A stretch of DNA of 64,000 nt, taken from NCBI GenBank assembly GCA_000004985.1, contig GG738866.1; one strand, written 5' to 3'. Of the stretch, positions 35,119 to 46,242 are shown one piece after another. The notes beneath the pieces were generated by a model. The model was not told where the DNA came from. It ran no database searches and saw only the letters and a program-made list of their open reading frames with translations. Position numbers and translations under genes: made by a program. Origin of the DNA: Naegleria gruberi. Taxonomy: Eukaryota. Numbering within the stretch: the first letter of the stretch is position 1; each line of letters opens with the position of its first letter.

Positions 35119-36043
35119 ATGAAACAAGATCAATGCACTGTTGCTCCTTCACCATCATCCTTGTGTGAAAGTGGTGGATTGTTTCCTGCAGAAATTTGGG
35201 TCCACATTCTTTCCTATCTACCTTCACCGTATATTCCGAATAGTGAGAATAATTCCGATCAAGAATTCAGAAAACAAGTTTTGGAATGGAATCAACTGAG
35301 AGAGAAATCATCCTCTATTTATTATGCTTGTAAATTTGCTATAATGGAGATGGATTTATCTTCATGGTTTCGTATGGATTTGAAAGAAATTGAGACGGCT
35401 TCCAAGTCAATTATACTACCTGGAGTAAAGAGAATAACTTATGAGGAAAATTTTCAAAAGAGATTTTCCAAAGAGAAAGGAGTTAATCCAATTTAATGCA
35501 ACTCAAATGGGTAAGATAATGATGAGACAGGAAAGTGCGTTTCAAATTATCTTGAATGGATTGGCTAATGGTTTTGCAAATGTGAAAAAGTTAAATCTCG
35601 ATGGATGGTACTTTTTGAAAGAGGAAGAATTGCAGAAAATTTGTGAAAATTTGAAATGTTTGGAGAGTTTATCCATTGTCAAATGTCAGAGAATTAGGGA
35701 TTTGGAATTGAGTAAGATTTCTAATCTGAATAATTTGAGAATTCACATCAATCAAATCAAATTAAGAATTAATATTGAAAGGAAAACAAGACAACAAAAT
35801 TTCAACATTGATATAGTTGATGGATTTTCCTTATTTTTCAAAACTTTGGATGGTTTTGGATTTTCAGAGCAATATCATTATTTATACTTTATTAAGGATA
35901 TGAAACCCTTATTGGAAAAGAGAATGGGAGTTTCATGGGAGAAGATTCGGTTCATCTTTGCTGGAAAGGAAATTGAGAATGAAAGAAGATTTGCTGATTA
36001 CTGTGTCTGCAAGGATAGTACCGTGCACGTTATTAAAAGGTAG
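35119..36043 (+). CDS. F-box / LRR / C-terminal ubiquitin-like domain protein; 2 exons
   Basis: ATG at 35119. F-box 'LFPAEIWVHILSYLPSP'. ORFs 35119..35496 and 35441..36043 overlap in different frames; a 49-nt phase-0 intron 35425..35473 (GTAAAG...CCAAAG) joins them: ...SIILPG|RKELIQFNATQMGKIMMRQESAF.... C-terminus 'MKPLLEKRMGVSWEKIRFIFAGKEIENERRFADYCVCKDSTVHVIKR' matches the ubiquitin fold pattern. Confidence 0.5.
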
Positions 36044-36148
36044 ATGAATTGTACATATCAAGCCCTATTTAATTTTGAATAAACCTGACTAATCTTTCAT
36101 AAGCGAAATTCGTTTCGAACAATCACAAAGTTAAAGTTTACAAAAAAA

Positions 36149-38099
36149 ATGAACTCCCATATCACCACTCTCATTCTCGTCGATTTCAAAATTGACACGA
36201 TCAACAACCAACTGCACAACTTGTTGAGGAATAAATTTTCCAATCAACAAAAAGGAAGACTTGTCTATTTAGAAAACAGAGAAAAATCATACAATTTTAT
36301 TCCGATAGAATTTACCAGAGATTTGGCATTTGTTTTGAAAATATTGGAAAGATTGAACGAGTATAATTCGTGTTGTACATTTGAAGAGTTGCTCAATCAT
36401 ATTCCGAATGGAATTTTACAAAATCCCAAAAGTTATTGCAAAATTATGTCAAATTTACATTGAAAAGTTTGGTTGTTTGGGAAATCAGTGGAATAATTTC
36501 ACACAATTATTTGCAAATAATAGAGAAATGGTCCTTGAAATTCTCAAATTGAATCCAAGTGCACTTCGATTTGTGTCGGCTGAATTTCAGAATGATTATG
36601 AGATTGTAATGACTGCTGTGAAAGTGAATGGATTTTCATTGAAATATGCTTCAGATATATTGAAGGGAAATAGACAAGTTGTAACTCAAGCTGTGATGAC
36701 TGATGGATTTGCACTTGATTTTGCATCTAGTGAATTGATGAATGATATAGATTTACAGAAAATGGCTATTCGAAACAATCCTAATATGTTTTCATGTCTT
36801 GTGAACAAGCTAACCATTTTTGAAATTGAAAATGAAGTTCTTGAACTTGCTCTTCATTTACATGGAAAATCCCTAGCTCTAATTCCAAACACTTTTCACA
36901 ATTACAGAGATCTTGTTTTACTAGCTGTCAAGAATGATGGTAAAGCTCTTTCACATGCCACAGAAACTTTGAAAGCAGATAGAGAAATTGTATGGGAAGC
37001 TGTATCTCAGAATGGCTTTGCATTATTCTATGCCTCTCCTGAACTCAAGAAGGATAGAGAAATTATTCTAAAAGCTCTAGAAACTTCGAGCACTTGCTAC
37101 CTCTCCTTGCCGATTGATTTTCAAGAAGATTTGGAAATTATTCAGCAAACTCTTCGGTATTTCCCCAATGCTCTTCAATTTATTCGTTCCACAAATTTGG
37201 ATATCCAATTCCTCACTTCTGTGGTAGAGAAAAATCCTCTCCTACTTAAGTATGCGTCTAGAGTGCGTAAGGATAAGAATTTAGTATTGAAATCAGTTGA
37301 ATTGGATGGCAATAATCTTCAGTATGCTGATTCGGAATTGAGACAAGATCCTGAATTGATCTTGAAAGCAGCTCAGCAAAATATTAAATCACTCGTATTT
37401 GCCAAAAATATGGGAAAGGAGCTCTTAATAGAGTTATCTGAAATGAATGGATTTTTACTTGATTATGTATGGAATCAACTTGGAGAATTAAAGACAGACA
37501 GAGATTTTATAATAGCCTGTCTCAAAAGAAATGGAAGGAACTTTATAGTTCTCGATCAATCAATGAGGGATGATAGAGAAATACTCAATATTGCATTAGA
37601 AACTTTTGGAACAGCCCTATACTATTCTGATAAGAGGTTTAGATATGAGTATGAGATGGTAAAGAAGGCGGTTCGAGATAGTCCCGATATTCATACCTCC
37701 ATTCCACGAGTTGTTATTGACAGAGAAATTGTCAAAACGATTCTTTCTGTAAAGGGGATTTTGTTTCATGAATTTTACAGGTTTAATAATGATATTGAGC
37801 TTGTCATGACAGCCGTCAAACAAAATGGGAAGAGTTTTAAATATGCCAGTGAAAATATAGTAAGGGATCCAGAGGTGCAGACGCTAGTTGTAAAAGAAAG
37901 TGGGTTTTGCTTTCAACCAAATGCAGAACTATTTCAATCACGAATGGAACATTGTTACTTTGGTGCTTATCAATATGAACATTTACCATTCTATCCATTC
38001 AATAATTATCCAATGGAATATTTCTACAGTTACAACACATACAATTCAGAAGTTAGATTACCAGATTACAGTGAACTTTTAAAACCTTTACAAAAATAA
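36149..38099 (+). CDS. DUF4116-repeat protein (more than 10 repeats); probably 2 exons
   Basis: ORFs 36149..36463 and 36381..38099 overlap in different frames. A phase-1 58-nt intron 36375..36432 (GTACAT...CCAAAAG) or a 97-nt intron 36371..36467 would join them. Repeats 'AEFQNDYEIVMTAVKVNGFSLKYASDILKGNRQVVTQAVMTDGFALDFASSELMNDIDL', 'LKADREIVWEAVSQNGFALFYASPELKKDREIILKA', among others. Confidence 0.5.
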
Positions 38100-38130
38100 G
38101 TTTCTGATAAATGTATAGTTCAATATCTTT

Positions 38131-39129
38131 TCACTTTGATTGGTTTGTGATTTGATTCAAGTAATTATTGATAAAATTAATTTTACGCTTAATGGGACTT
38201 GTTTCCTTATATGAAGCACATTGTTTCATGACAGTTTGTGTTAACTGTTGTAAATTAGAGTTTTTCAAATAGAGTTGAAAGTTTTTCAGTCCAAGAACCT
38301 TTCTAATATTATTCATTCGCGATTCGAATTGTTCCACCTCTACATGTTGATAAACTAGACGAAAGCATTGAATTGTATCGTCATATTTGATAACCTTACT
38401 CCATATCTTGTCAAAAATACTTCCATTCTTACACATTTCCGTGAATGAGTCTTTATAATTCTTTCTTTGGAGTATAGATTCGAATGTATTGAAATGTATA
38501 GCCGTTTGAACAATTGAATCTTGAAAAAGCTCATTTTCCATCTCCAACCCGATTGCCTTAGTATTCATTGTCAACAAATGATCATAGATCTTGATAAATG
38601 ATTTGATGTCTTTCGAAAGAGAGTTCAATAATTTTACAATGGATAAAACTTCAATTATTGTAAAACTTCTCTCTGAAAAATTACTGTAAATTGAAATGAT
38701 TTCCAACATTTCCTTCAAACAATTTGGATCATTTTCAAAATAGTTATAAAAATAGTAAAATGCAGATATCATTTCTTTCACAGCCAAAAGAATTAGCTCT
38801 GCATCTTCATTTTCCAATAATAATTCCGAAAGCTCTCTAAGTTTTTTAAAATCCTTCTTTGCAAACAATGCTTGCACAACACAAAATTTGAAATCGCCAT
38901 CTCTTCCATATGGATTCTCAAATAAAAACTTTAAGATTGAAGAGGAAACATTTCTTCTTTCTTTCAAATTTGGTACAACACATGACGAAACTAAGCAATC
39001 AAATAAATCGTCGTCCATGTCTGTAACAAGTTCAATATAAGCTGCTAAATATTTCAAATTTAGCCAACCATCTGTTGATGAGATATCGATTCGTTTTCTA
39101 TTGAAAATTATTCGAATCAAATCCAACAT
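38131..39129 (-). CDS. Hypothetical helical protein immediately downstream of an F-box ORF (possibly the same gene)
   Basis: ATG at 39129 verified. 332 aa, alpha-helical-looking, no recognisable motif. Starts 2 nt after the stop of ORF 39134..39751, in a different frame. Confidence 0.35.
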   Translation of the reverse strand: MLDLIRIIFNRKRIDISSTDGWLNLKYLAAYIELVTDMDDDLFDCLVSSCVVPNLKERRNVSSSILKFLFENPYGRDGDFKFCVVQALFAKKDFKKLRELSELLLENEDAELILLAVKEMISAFYYFYNYFENDPNCLKEMLEIISIYSNFSERSFTIIEVLSIVKLLNSLSKDIKSFIKIYDHLLTMNTKAIGLEMENELFQDSIVQTAIHFNTFESILQRKNYKDSFTEMCKNGSIFDKIWSKVIKYDDTIQCFRLVYQHVEVEQFESRMNNIRKVLGLKNFQLYLKNSNLQQLTQTVMKQCASYKETSPIKRKINFINNYLNQITNQSK

Positions 39130-39133
39130 GTTT

Positions 39134-39751
39134 TCATCCTTGAATGGATTTAACTTTTTTGTTTTGTGAATTGGAAATTTCAGTTGAATAATCAGTTTTC
39201 AATCTTTGAAGCCATTTTAGAATGTGGCTGAAATGACTAAAGTCTTGTGTTACTCCATGGATTCTATCCAGTCTCATTCGAAATGTTTCTAATTTCCGAT
39301 GGTTTGTGTAATTTGGATCTACTAAGAGATTTAAATAATTGCATGACATTGAACTATCCGAAAATTCACAAGTGCTAATGAACAGAGAGGCACTATTCAT
39401 CATGGAAATAAAATTCGAAACCTTTAGTTTACCCATCCTTCCATCATTTGCCAACTCTTTTCCTTTCTTTTCTCTATATATCAAATAACATGCTCCTGCA
39501 ATTCTACTCCATAATTCAAGGATTGGAACATATAATTCACTATCACCCACTAAAATATCATAAAACATTCGTTTTGAAATTAGAATATAATTTTGTAATT
39601 CTTCAAATGCTGAAAGAAATACAAGTTTTGATGATTTGTTGGTGAGTAGCTCTATGGGAATGATAAATTTCAAGATTTGTAATCTCATTTCAGATGGCAA
39701 GTCCAGTAAAGTTTGTTGATCTGAAAAATCTTCCATTTCAATTATCGACAT
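39134..39751 (-). CDS. F-box-like protein
   Basis: ATG at 39751 verified. 'LLDLPSEMRLQILKFIIPIELLTN'. 205 aa. Confidence 0.45.
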   Translation of the reverse strand: MSIIEMEDFSDQQTLLDLPSEMRLQILKFIIPIELLTNKSSKLVFLSAFEELQNYILISKRMFYDILVGDSELYVPILELWSRIAGACYLIYREKKGKELANDGRMGKLKVSNFISMMNSASLFISTCEFSDSSMSCNYLNLLVDPNYTNHRKLETFRMRLDRIHGVTQDFSHFSHILKWLQRLKTDYSTEISNSQNKKVKSIQG

Positions 39752-40228
39752 TTTTTTGAAATATGAAAATCAACTTCAAAATTGAGAAATCAAAAATTCT
39801 TCTCAAGATGCATCATGATTTTTGATCAGGAAATTCCTTCAAAACTTAATAGCAAACACCTCATTCTTTCAATACCATTTCCAACCCATCACTCTCTTAA
39901 TGCTATTCTGAAAATATTACACCTCCTCTCCATTCAGAACACTTTACAATAAATATTTTCCAAGTGTTCATCATGTTCTTTTTTTCATTTGTGAGATGGA
40001 ACTTCACAAGTGAAGCTTCTGCTAATGGTGATGAACAAGTTTTCTCTCTCGCGATCAAAGTTAAAAATACACTCGCCGTGCTGAACATGCTTGCAAAAAT
40101 AATCAAGAAAAAATTGGTCGACGAGAACAAGCTATTTCCTCACAGTTTGAAGAAGCATACTTTAAAATCGTCATCATCATTAATTGTTGTACATTGTATT
40201 ATTATTTATTTGTTATATTACTTTGAAG

Positions 40229-41857
40229 ATGTCCTATATTCTCTCACCAATTTCACCATCACCTGTCGAATTTCCTGATGAATCAAAGTGGAAGGAAAGA
40301 CAAGATCGTCAATTGCGTTTGTGGGGAGTTCACGGTCAAGCTAGAATTGATTCTGCTCAAGTTTGTCTTTTGAATGCCACTGCTGTTGGTTGCGAAGTTT
40401 TGAAGAATATTGTTCTTCCAGGTTTTGGAAGCTTTTCTGTTGTTGATGCTCAAAAGGTCACTCCAAGAGATTTGGGAAGAAACTTTTACTTGAGAAAATC
40501 GGATTTGGAAAGAAATAGAGCTGAAGCTGTCTCTGAAATTATTGCAGAATTGAATCCAGAAGTTAAAGGTCAATTCCTTGCTGAAGATCCACTTGTTGTC
40601 ATTGAAAAATCACCAGAATTCTTTGATCAATTCAATTATATCATTGCTTCACAAATGCCTATGCATCACGTTGAAAAATTGGCCAAATATTGTCATGAAA
40701 AGAACAAGATCCTTGTTGCTGTTCGTTCATATGGTATGATCGGCTATTTACGTATCTTTACAAAGAGCCACACTATTGTTGAAGCTAAATTAGATACTCA
40801 AATTGATGATTTACGTATCACAAAACCATGGTTGGACTTTTTAAAGTTCTGTGATCTCCAAGAATTGGATGCTATGGATAATAATGCCCTCGCTCACACT
40901 GCCTACCCAATCTTGTTGGTCAAGGCTTTACAACAATGGAAATCATCTCACAATAACCAATTACCACAATCAAGAGCTGACAAGGAAGAATTCCAAAATA
41001 CTATCAAGGGTCTTTCCAAGTCATGGACCATGTTGACAAACTTTGAAGAAGCTTTAGATAAGGCTCACTTTTGTTATTCTGAACCACAAATTCCAGACTC
41101 TGTTAGTGCTGTTTTCAATGATGAACTTTGCACAAATTTGACAAAGGAATCTGATGATTTCTGGGTTATGGCTGCCTCTGTTAAAAAGTTTGTTGAAAAT
41201 GAAGGACAAGGTTTATTACCACTTCAAGGACGTGTTCCAGATATGCAATCTGATACTGAACGTTATGTTAAAATGCAATCACTTTTCAGAAAGAAGGCTC
41301 GTGCTGATATGGAAATTGTTAAAAAGTACATGAAGGAATTTTTGACACAAGTTGGTAGACCAGAAGATTCCATTCCAGAAATGGATCTTAAGGAATTCTG
41401 TAAAAATGCTTACTACTTGCGTGCAATTCATTTCAGATCTTTGGAACAAGAACTAAAGTCACCAAACAAGGAAGAAATTCAATCACACATGCAATGGAAT
41501 GAAGATTCAACCATGCCATTCTATGTCTGTTTCCGTGCCATTGATAGATTCTTGGAAAAGAAGGGATACTACCCAGGTCAAGAAGATGAAAATGTTGAAG
41601 CTGACACTGTTGAATTGAGAAAGATTGTTGATGAATTGCTTGTTGAATTTGGTGTTTCCGAATCTTGTCATGATATGGATAAGTATGTTGGTGAAATGGT
41701 CAGATATGGTGGTTGTGAACTCCATAATATTTCATCATTGATGGGAGGTGTTGCTGGTCAAGAATTGATCAAGTTGTGTACCAGACAACGTATTCCTGTT
41801 AATAATACTTGGGTCTTCTCTGGTATCAAGTCAATTTCGATTGCTTTTGAAGCATAA
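40229..41857 (+). CDS. NAE1: NEDD8-activating enzyme E1 regulatory subunit (APP-BP1/ULA1 homologue)
   Basis: ATG at 40229 verified. Length and sequence co-linear with human NAE1 recalled from memory: 'RQLRLWGVHGQARIDSAQVCLLNATAVGCEVLKNIVLPGFGSFSVVD' vs '[47 protein letters not shown]'. 'YGMIGYLRIFTKSHTIVE'. C-terminus 'NNTWVFSGIKSISIAFEA'. Confidence 0.85.
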   Translation: MSYILSPISPSPVEFPDESKWKERQDRQLRLWGVHGQARIDSAQVCLLNATAVGCEVLKNIVLPGFGSFSVVDAQKVTPRDLGRNFYLRKSDLERNRAEAVSEIIAELNPEVKGQFLAEDPLVVIEKSPEFFDQFNYIIASQMPMHHVEKLAKYCHEKNKILVAVRSYGMIGYLRIFTKSHTIVEAKLDTQIDDLRITKPWLDFLKFCDLQELDAMDNNALAHTAYPILLVKALQQWKSSHNNQLPQSRADKEEFQNTIKGLSKSWTMLTNFEEALDKAHFCYSEPQIPDSVSAVFNDELCTNLTKESDDFWVMAASVKKFVENEGQGLLPLQGRVPDMQSDTERYVKMQSLFRKKARADMEIVKKYMKEFLTQVGRPEDSIPEMDLKEFCKNAYYLRAIHFRSLEQELKSPNKEEIQSHMQWNEDSTMPFYVCFRAIDRFLEKKGYYPGQEDENVEADTVELRKIVDELLVEFGVSESCHDMDKYVGEMVRYGGCELHNISSLMGGVAGQELIKLCTRQRIPVNNTWVFSGIKSISIAFEA

Positions 41858-42295
41858 ATGTAGTATTAAAAAACCATGTAATAAAAACTAGATTATTTAT
41901 TTAAATTATTATTTAATAGTATCATGATATTGTTGTTTTGCTATTACTATTTTCTATTCCGAAAAGCAATGTGCAAATACATGTCTGTATGATGATTTGA
42001 ATAATTATATGTCAAGGTATTGAAAAACACTTTTCCGCAAAAGAATGCTACTACTAATGTTGTCCTTTTTGATTGTTAAGTTGATGAATTTCTTCATTAC
42101 TCTCTCAAGGTTACGACGTGAGTCCTCTTCATGTTTCCTTGTGGATTGTCATTGTGGTAGAGACAAGAAGCGCGTGGTGTAATTTCTTTGTGTTCTGCTG
42201 TGGAAAAAATATTTTGTAAACATTGATGTATGGTCGTCAACTAGAAATTTTATAAAATTTGTTCGAAAAAAAAACTACAAAGTCAGTTTCTGAAA

Positions 42296-42763
42296 ATGTT
42301 CATTCCAAGCGAAAGCCGTGTTGCTGTTATGCAATACTTGTTCAAGGAAGGTGTTGTCGTCGCCAAGAATGATTTGAGATTAAAGTCTCACCCACACATT
42401 GAAGGTGTTAAGAATTTGCACGTCGTCAAATTCATGCAAGGTTTCGCTGCTAGAGGTTTGGTTAAGCAACAATATGCTTGGAGACATTACTATTGGTTCT
42501 TGACTAACAATGGTGTCAACTTCTTGAGAGAATACTTGAACTTGCCAACCACTGTCGTCCCAGCTACCCACAAGATGACTGGTAAGAAGATCCAAATCAT
42601 CAGCACTGATAGACCAAAGAAGCAATTCAAGGCTGGCGAAAGACCACAATACAGAAATGACAGAAAGACTGCTCCAAAGGAAGGTGAAACCGCTGTCCCA
42701 CAAGGAACTGCTACTGAAAAGCCAAAGACTGGTGGTAGAGGTAAAGGATTCCAACAACAATAA
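42296..42763 (+). CDS. RPS10: 40S ribosomal protein S10 (eS10)
   Basis: ATG at 42296. 'FKEGVVVAKNDLRLKSHPHIEGVKNLHVVKFMQGFAARGLVKQQYAWRHYYWFLTNNGVNFLREYLNLPTTVVPATHK'. Strongly biased high-expression codons (GGT, TTG, AGA, CCA, AAG, TTC, GTC). Confidence 0.9.
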   Translation: MFIPSESRVAVMQYLFKEGVVVAKNDLRLKSHPHIEGVKNLHVVKFMQGFAARGLVKQQYAWRHYYWFLTNNGVNFLREYLNLPTTVVPATHKMTGKKIQIISTDRPKKQFKAGERPQYRNDRKTAPKEGETAVPQGTATEKPKTGGRGKGFQQQ

Positions 42764-42930
42764 ATTTGCACCATAGAAAAAACATAAATTATAAAAAAAA
42801 CAATTAACAATATTTTTCTTGTAAGATTCTTAAGCAAAACAAAACTAGTAATTACTAATATTTAATTGATATTGTGATTTGATGATCTGAATAATACAAA
42901 GCGGATATGTAATCCATAATTTATTAAAAA

Positions 42931-44058
42931 ATGTTTCATTCCATCTTCTCATATTTGTGGTGGATTTTCCCAACCCGATCCGAAAATCTTTATGCATCTT
43001 TATTGAAGAATAGCATTGATGAGAATGACTTCAAAGCAGGAATATTGGAAAGTCTCTCATTGGATATTGTGATCGAGATTATATCCTTTCTCGATCGGTT
43101 TGAATTTATCAGATTGTTTTCAGGAGTGAATAAATCCTTCTATTCATTAACAGAGGATAAAAGATTCTGGTTAATATTAGACCGTCATGATGAGAAAATT
43201 CCTACTGTTACACAACCAAATTCAAACTTCCAACCAATACTATGTTTTTCAAGAATTGAAGAATATCTCAAATCTTCTGAAAAGACAAGTTTCAAAACCA
43301 TTTACAAGAACCTTCTCCTCTCCCCTACCCCACACGAATTGAATCCAGTCTTTAAAAATCGTTCTGCAATTTATAATGTTGACACAGATCTCATTCCTGA
43401 AACAAAGAAATATATTGCCCTCTTTGGACAATCAAATTCTGGAAAATATTCTCTGGGAATTTGCTCTACGAGAGGTTATTCAAGGCCTAGTGATCAGAAG
43501 AGTGTTATCAAGATGGATTTCTTCTTCAAAAGAGTACTGATCAAGATGGAAAATCTATCCTCTCATCATAATGGAAATATTAGTGGAATATGCCATACGA
43601 ATTTTGTAATTGAATGTTTTGGACATCCTGATTTTCATTTGAAATTTAGAAATAATGGAATGGTTAGCATGAATAGTTTATCACTGGGTAGTAGTCTTTC
43701 AATCATGTTTACAATTGATTTATCAGTGAAAAATAATTATTTTCTCTCTGATTTATCCAAAATTTTGAATCCTTTATTTCAAGTTGATATTTCCAAAGAT
43801 TCTCCTCAGAAAATTAGAAAGAAAATGGGTAATAATAGACTCTGTATAATTGGAACCAAGAGTGATATTAGACAATTGAGTGAACAATCTCTGGCAAGTC
43901 AACTGATGAAAGTTATTGACACAAGTTGTGAATTTTGGGATCAATCCATCATTTACATTGAAACAAGTTCCAAAAATCGTGAAAATATGGATCATCCCTA
44001 TCTATTCTTTTCTCAATCCAACATTCATTCCCAAATCCAACCAAACTCATCCCTGTAA
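42931..44058 (+). CDS. F-box protein with degenerate P-loop GTPase-like domain
   Basis: ATG at 42931. F-box 'LDIVIEIISFLDRFEFIRLFSGVNKSFYSL'. P-loop-like 'ALFGQSNSGKYSLG'. 'CIIGTKSD' in the NKxD position. 'ETSSKN' in the SAK position. No DxxG. Confidence 0.5.
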   Translation: MFHSIFSYLWWIFPTRSENLYASLLKNSIDENDFKAGILESLSLDIVIEIISFLDRFEFIRLFSGVNKSFYSLTEDKRFWLILDRHDEKIPTVTQPNSNFQPILCFSRIEEYLKSSEKTSFKTIYKNLLLSPTPHELNPVFKNRSAIYNVDTDLIPETKKYIALFGQSNSGKYSLGICSTRGYSRPSDQKSVIKMDFFFKRVLIKMENLSSHHNGNISGICHTNFVIECFGHPDFHLKFRNNGMVSMNSLSLGSSLSIMFTIDLSVKNNYFLSDLSKILNPLFQVDISKDSPQKIRKKMGNNRLCIIGTKSDIRQLSEQSLASQLMKVIDTSCEFWDQSIIYIETSSKNRENMDHPYLFFSQSNIHSQIQPNSSL

Positions 44059-44329
44059 ATATAATCATCACTCCACAATCTCTTGGAATTCAATTTAACC
44101 TTAAGATTTTATCAGAAACTAACTCCCAACCAATCCAGTTATCAACTCCAACCCCTCAAAAACTCCAAAAATCCAATACTACTACCACCATCACCACTTT
44201 TTACAATATTCTTTTGTGTTCACACAAAACGCGAAAATTTCTCGCTCTCTTGAAGTTTCACGATTTTCAAAAGGTTGAAAAATTGTAGGCGCCTTCCGCT
44301 ATTGGCAAAAAGAATCAAAGAATAAAAAA

Positions 44330-46213
44330 ATGGCTTCATATCATGACGAAGAGGAGGATGATAATGTTGCTACCAAGTTACTTGTACCGACATCAGGTGG
44401 AAGTGGTACTACTAACACTGAAAGTTTGAATAAACAATCTGAAAATTCAGTAATGATGGGAAGTGGTGGTAATCAATCATCGTATGGTACTACTGGATAT
44501 GGTACTGGTAAAGGTGTTGAAAATGATGGTGGTGCTGGTGATGGTGAGACCAGGCTCTGCTACTTATTATGATGATGAGGCTATAAAACAAGTTTCACGA
44601 AAGAAGATTACTTGGAGACAAGTTTTTGATTTTTCTAAAAAGTGGTTGGCTCTTATTGTGGGTTGTTTGATGATGTTAGTTTCGGGAACACAATATACAT
44701 ATTCATCAATTAGTCCAACAATCAAGAGGTAGGTTAATTTTCAACATTTGTGTGTGAATAATTCCATTTTTCTAATTATGATATGATGAAATATTTGGGT
44801 TTAACAATTATTGGTGTGAAAACTAACATGCTACAGAACTTTGGACTATTCACAGACTGAGGTCACAACTATTGCAGCTTTTGCAAATCTTGGAACTTAT
44901 TTCAGTTTGCCAATTTCTCTGGTGAATGACTTTTTCGGAGCAAGAGTTTGTTCCATCGTTTCGGCATTCCTCTTCTTTGCAGGATACTTTTTATTTTTAC
45001 TCTTATATACTGGAATCATGCCAAATCACTACCTTGTGGCTGGTCTCTTCTTTATGATTATGGGTAGTGGTTCAGCTGGAGGTTATTTGGCTTCAATTTC
45101 AACAAATTTGAAGAACTTTTCAGAGAAGAATAGAGGATTGGTTGTTGGTGTGTTGGCTTCATGCTTTGGATTGTCAAGTTTCGTCTTTTCATCAATTTAT
45201 ACCTATGTCTTTTCAGGAGAATTGGAAGGATACTTGTATTTCACAGCAATTTTTGGAACTGTTGTCATTTTCTCTGGATGTATTTTCATGAATTCTATTG
45301 CAAAGAAGGAGGAACCTAAAAAGGAGGCAGAAAAAACTCTCTTGCCACCACCACAGGAAGAAATTCAAGATCAACAACAAGAGGAAGGTGCAGTTGTGAC
45401 CTATGAGGAAGCAGCTGAACCACAAGTAGAAAAGAAGGTATATGCTGATATTAGTGCAAACAAGTCATTGGAACCTCCAGTTAATAATCCTTTTGGAATG
45501 CTCATGACTCTGGACTTTTATATAATGTTTATTGTGTACATGATTGGATCAGGATGTGGTTTGGTTATTATCAACAATTTGGGAGCTATTGTCATTGCTT
45601 ATGGAGGTTACAATGGTCAACAAAATTTGATGGTTCAATTATTGTCAATCTTGTAAGTTTGAATAATTGATTGGATTTAACTGAATTATGATAATTTAGC
45701 AATTGTCTTGGAAGAATTGCGTTTGGATTTTTGAGTGATAAATTCCTTCTTCCAAAGTATCACCTTACCAGAGTTACCTTTTTCAATATTGCTGTATTGA
45801 TGATGGGTGTTATGCACTTTATTTTTGCTTGGGCTCCAGTCAATTCATTGTACTTTTTCATTTGTGTAATGGGTTTCTTCAATGGTGGTATTTTCTCACT
45901 TGCACCAAGTTTCTGTTCTGAAAGATTTGGAGCTAAATATTTTGGTATGAACTTTTCAATTATGAATTTGGCAGCTGCTTGTGGAAGTTATGGATTGGCA
46001 ACATTTGTCACTGGTCAATTATATCAAATTAATATTGATGCACCAAGAACTACCACATGTCATGGCCATGACTGCTTCCAATTGACATTCTTTATCACAT
46101 CATCATTGTGTGGTTTTGCTTTCATTCTAGGATTATTTTTACAATATAGAACGAGATGGGTGTATTGGATTTTCTTCAGAAGAAGAATTACCCAATCCAA
46201 GAAACAAGTTTAA
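44330..46213 (+). CDS. Nodulin-like / MFS-type membrane transporter; about 4 exons
   Basis: Exons 44330-44507 (or read through to 44572 if a frameshift), 44554-44728, 44837-45652, 45700-46213. Introns 44729..44836 (GTAGGT..CTACAG) and 45653..45699 (GTAAGT..ATTTAG) verified for phase (...PTIKR|TLDYSQTEV..., ...LLSIF|NCLGRIAFGFLSDK...). Candidate 46-nt intron 44508..44553 reconciles the first frame change. Nodulin-like N-terminal pattern 'WLALIVGCLMMLVSGTQYTYSSISPTIK'. Confidence 0.6.
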
Positions 46214-46242
46214 TCTCATTAAATTTAACTTATTTTTCCAAT

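Noticed and set aside
35425-35496. The 35119/35441 ORF overlap considered as a frameshifted pseudogene.
   Set aside because: A 49-nt intron (GTAAAG...AAAG) with correct phase joins the frames and yields a sensible F-box-LRR-UBL protein. Intron length matches others verified in the window.
39964-40278. ORF 39964..40278(+) of 104 aa overlapping the NAE1 start.
   Set aside because: Low-complexity translation of the 5' flank in another frame. The NAE1 ATG at 40229 gives a protein co-linear with known NAE1 from the first residues.
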